Positions 53,702-55,065 of a stretch of 55,065 nt of DNA are shown here, one piece after another. Every line of letters begins with the position of its first letter. The first letter of the stretch is position 1. Both the position numbers and the translations under genes were made by a program. The DNA is taken from the NCBI GenBank assembly GCA_040081675.1, contig JBEBGB010000001.1, positions 1 through 55,065 on the forward strand. The letters run 5' to 3'. Source of the DNA: Vicinamibacterales bacterium (GTDB taxonomy: Bacteria; Acidobacteriota; Vicinamibacteria; Vicinamibacterales; CAVVIG01). The notes below the pieces were generated by a model that ran no database searches, was not told where the DNA came from, and saw nothing but the letters and a program-made list of their open reading frames with translations.

Positions 53702-54006
53702 GGCGAGGGGCCTTCGTGGGCCAGTTCAATCAGCCCCTTTGTTCTGAAGTCCTCGATGAGTCTATGCACTTCGCGCGACACGAGGTCGGTCGGTTCGAGA
53801 TACTCGGCTGCCAGGCGCTCGACGATCTCGTTCACGGTAAGTCCGTCAGCGATCAGCAGTGCGACGCGCGCGGCGGTTTCGTTGAGCGAGTAGGCCGCTT
53901 CAGCGGTCAGCTTCAGAGCGAGAGCCTCGTTGCCCACGTGCCGAATGACGACATCTGGCGCGAACCGAACCGCGGACACCGCATCGGGGAATGGCTGATC
54001 CCCCAT
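53698..54006 (-). CDS. PqqD-family RiPP recognition element (lasso B1)
   Basis: Trimmed to ATG 54006 (TGATG overlap with the methyltransferase stop). 102 aa. 'VVIRHVGNEALALKLTAEAAYSLNETAARVALLIADGLTVNEIVERLAAEY...VHRLIEDFRTKGLI' is the PqqD pattern. Confidence 0.85.
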   Translation of the reverse strand: MGDQPFPDAVSAVRFAPDVVIRHVGNEALALKLTAEAAYSLNETAARVALLIADGLTVNEIVERLAAEYLEPTDLVSREVHRLIEDFRTKGLIELAHEGPSP

Positions 54007-55065
54007 CAGGCAAAGCGCTTCACGATCGCGCGCACGAATCGTGAGGCATCCTCGTGGGTCTGGTACCTGGTCGGCCATTGCTCGAGAACGCCGGCCGCGA
54101 TCTCTCTGACCGGCGTCGTGCCGGCACACCGCGCAAGTACGAACTGCGCGGCCTCGCCTTCGACGTTCAAGGCGGGCAGGTAATCCATCGCCGCCTTCTT
54201 CAGAGTCGACGCCGTCATGGGGTCGGCGAGCATTGTCGAGTGGCGCTGCGAGCCCCCGTTCCACGACACGCGCCAGGTCCAATCACCGTAGGGCGCGCGG
54301 TCGAGGCGAAGTGCCACGCGATCGCCAACCGACAGGGCAATGGGCGGGTCGAGCGGGAGAAAGCCAGCCGACCAGTGCATGGGTTCCGCGTCTGGCGCCG
54401 TCGACACCCAGCGTTCGCCCAGCCGCATCGTGAACCAACCAGCGAAACCGTGACAGAGCTCCGCGGTGCGAACGGTGAATTCGGTCTCGGCGTGAATCGG
54501 TCCGTAACTGTCCGACAGAAAGTCGAGGCTGTGCACCTCGCGGGGTTCGGCGAGATAGACCACGTTCGTGCGATCCCACCGAAAGTGCACGGTGTTGGCC
54601 GCGTATGCGCGAGCGGGCTCGAGCGTCACGCCGTGTTGAGGCTCGCTCCAACTGGAGATCTCGCGGGCGTGCAGACGCGGAGCGCTCACCGGGGCGATGA
54701 CGATCGTGGCTCGGTCGGGAATCATCGCTCCGCCCGGTTTCATGAGCGTGTCGCGCGCGCGGAACAGAACGGGCAGCAGATCCTCGCTCATGAGGAGATT
54801 GCCGGTGAGTACGGACACGATGACGTCCACCGGTTCCGGAATCTGAACGTCGTCGAGACCACCGTGCAGGCACTGCACGACGTCCTGCAAATGGTTGGCG
54901 CGTGCGGCTTCGGACGCAACCGACACCACCTCTTCGGGTTCAACGAGGTAGACGCGCTTCGCTCCAAGTCTGGCCGCCATCAGGCCATGGATGCCGAGAC
55001 CTGCGCCGAGGTCGAGCACGACGCTCGACGGAGTGATCACCCGCTCGAGCGCGTCGGCATACGCA
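54006..55065 (-). CDS. PRMT-fold (protein arginine methyltransferase-like) SAM methyltransferase with C-terminal PqqD/RRE-like extension; 5' end outside window
   Basis: The reading frame is open to the window edge ('AYADALERVITPSSVVLDLGAGLGIHGLMAARLGAKRVYLVE' = SAM motif I/post-I). 'SVLTGNLLMSEDLL' resembles the double-E loop, and 'HGFAGWFTMRL...PMHWSAGFLPL' resembles the PRMT beta-barrel/THW loop. The last ~55-75 aa resemble the helical half of PqqD. Confidence 0.7.
   Translation of the reverse strand, partial: AYADALERVITPSSVVLDLGAGLGIHGLMAARLGAKRVYLVEPEEVVSVASEAARANHLQDVVQCLHGGLDDVQIPEPVDVIVSVLTGNLLMSEDLLPVLFRARDTLMKPGGAMIPDRATIVIAPVSAPRLHAREISSWSEPQHGVTLEPARAYAANTVHFRWDRTNVVYLAEPREVHSLDFLSDSYGPIHAETEFTVRTAELCHGFAGWFTMRLGERWVSTAPDAEPMHWSAGFLPLDPPIALSVGDRVALRLDRAPYGDWTWRVSWNGGSQRHSTMLADPMTASTLKKAAMDYLPALNVEGEAAQFVLARCAGTTPVREIAAGVLEQWPTRYQTHEDASRFVRAIVKRFA

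Noticed and set aside
1-55065. Mobile elements, CRISPR arrays, tRNA/rRNA genes, prophage or defence-system genes
   Set aside because: I saw no transposase, integrase or recombinase motifs, no terminal inverted repeats flanking a block, no regularly spaced direct repeats, and no cloverleaf-like tRNA candidates. This was visual inspection only, so a tRNAscan/Infernal and CRISPR-finder run would be needed to be definitive.

Overview
GC-rich chromosomal segment (GC judged by eye, not computed) from a diderm bacterium. I recognised no rRNA, tRNA, CRISPR array, transposase or integrase. Positions 1-47.0 kb form one very large Wzx/Wzy-type exopolysaccharide (EPS) locus. It holds about 12 glycosyltransferases, 2 initiating phosphoglycosyl transferases, sugar-nucleotide enzymes (nucleotide-sugar dehydrogenase, 2 SDR epimerase/dehydratases, a GMC oxidoreductase), 2 acyltransferases, 2 methyltransferases, a flippase and 2 Wzy/O-antigen-ligase-like proteins. 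Unusually, it has two complete export modules (Wza-like exporter + outer-membrane beta-barrel + chain-length determinant/tyrosine kinase). They sit divergently around a regulatory island: a sensor-less sigma-54 activator, a GGDEF cyclase with I-site, a Ca-binding-repeat lipoprotein and a degenerate NtrC-like regulator lacking GAFTGA. Positions 47.1-55.07 kb (minus strand, running off the window edge) hold the most interesting system, a lasso-peptide (RiPP) gene cluster. Its parts are a split B1 (PqqD/RRE) and B2 (transglutaminase-fold protease), an Asn-synthetase-like cyclase, an ABC exporter, and a 53-aa precursor ORF absent from the ORF track because an over-extended ORF masks it. It also carries three tailoring genes: an HPr-kinase homologue, a nucleotidyltransferase, and a PRMT-fold methyltransferase that seems to carry its own C-terminal PqqD/RRE-like domain. 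The precursor is non-canonical in leader register, predicted ring size and the absence of a C-terminal Ser. Many long ORFs in the supplied track are high-GC shadow frames or frame-fused N-terminal extensions. I trimmed starts to internal ATG/GTG codons that overlap the upstream stop (ATGA/GTGA/TGATG), so start codons are less certain than stop codons.
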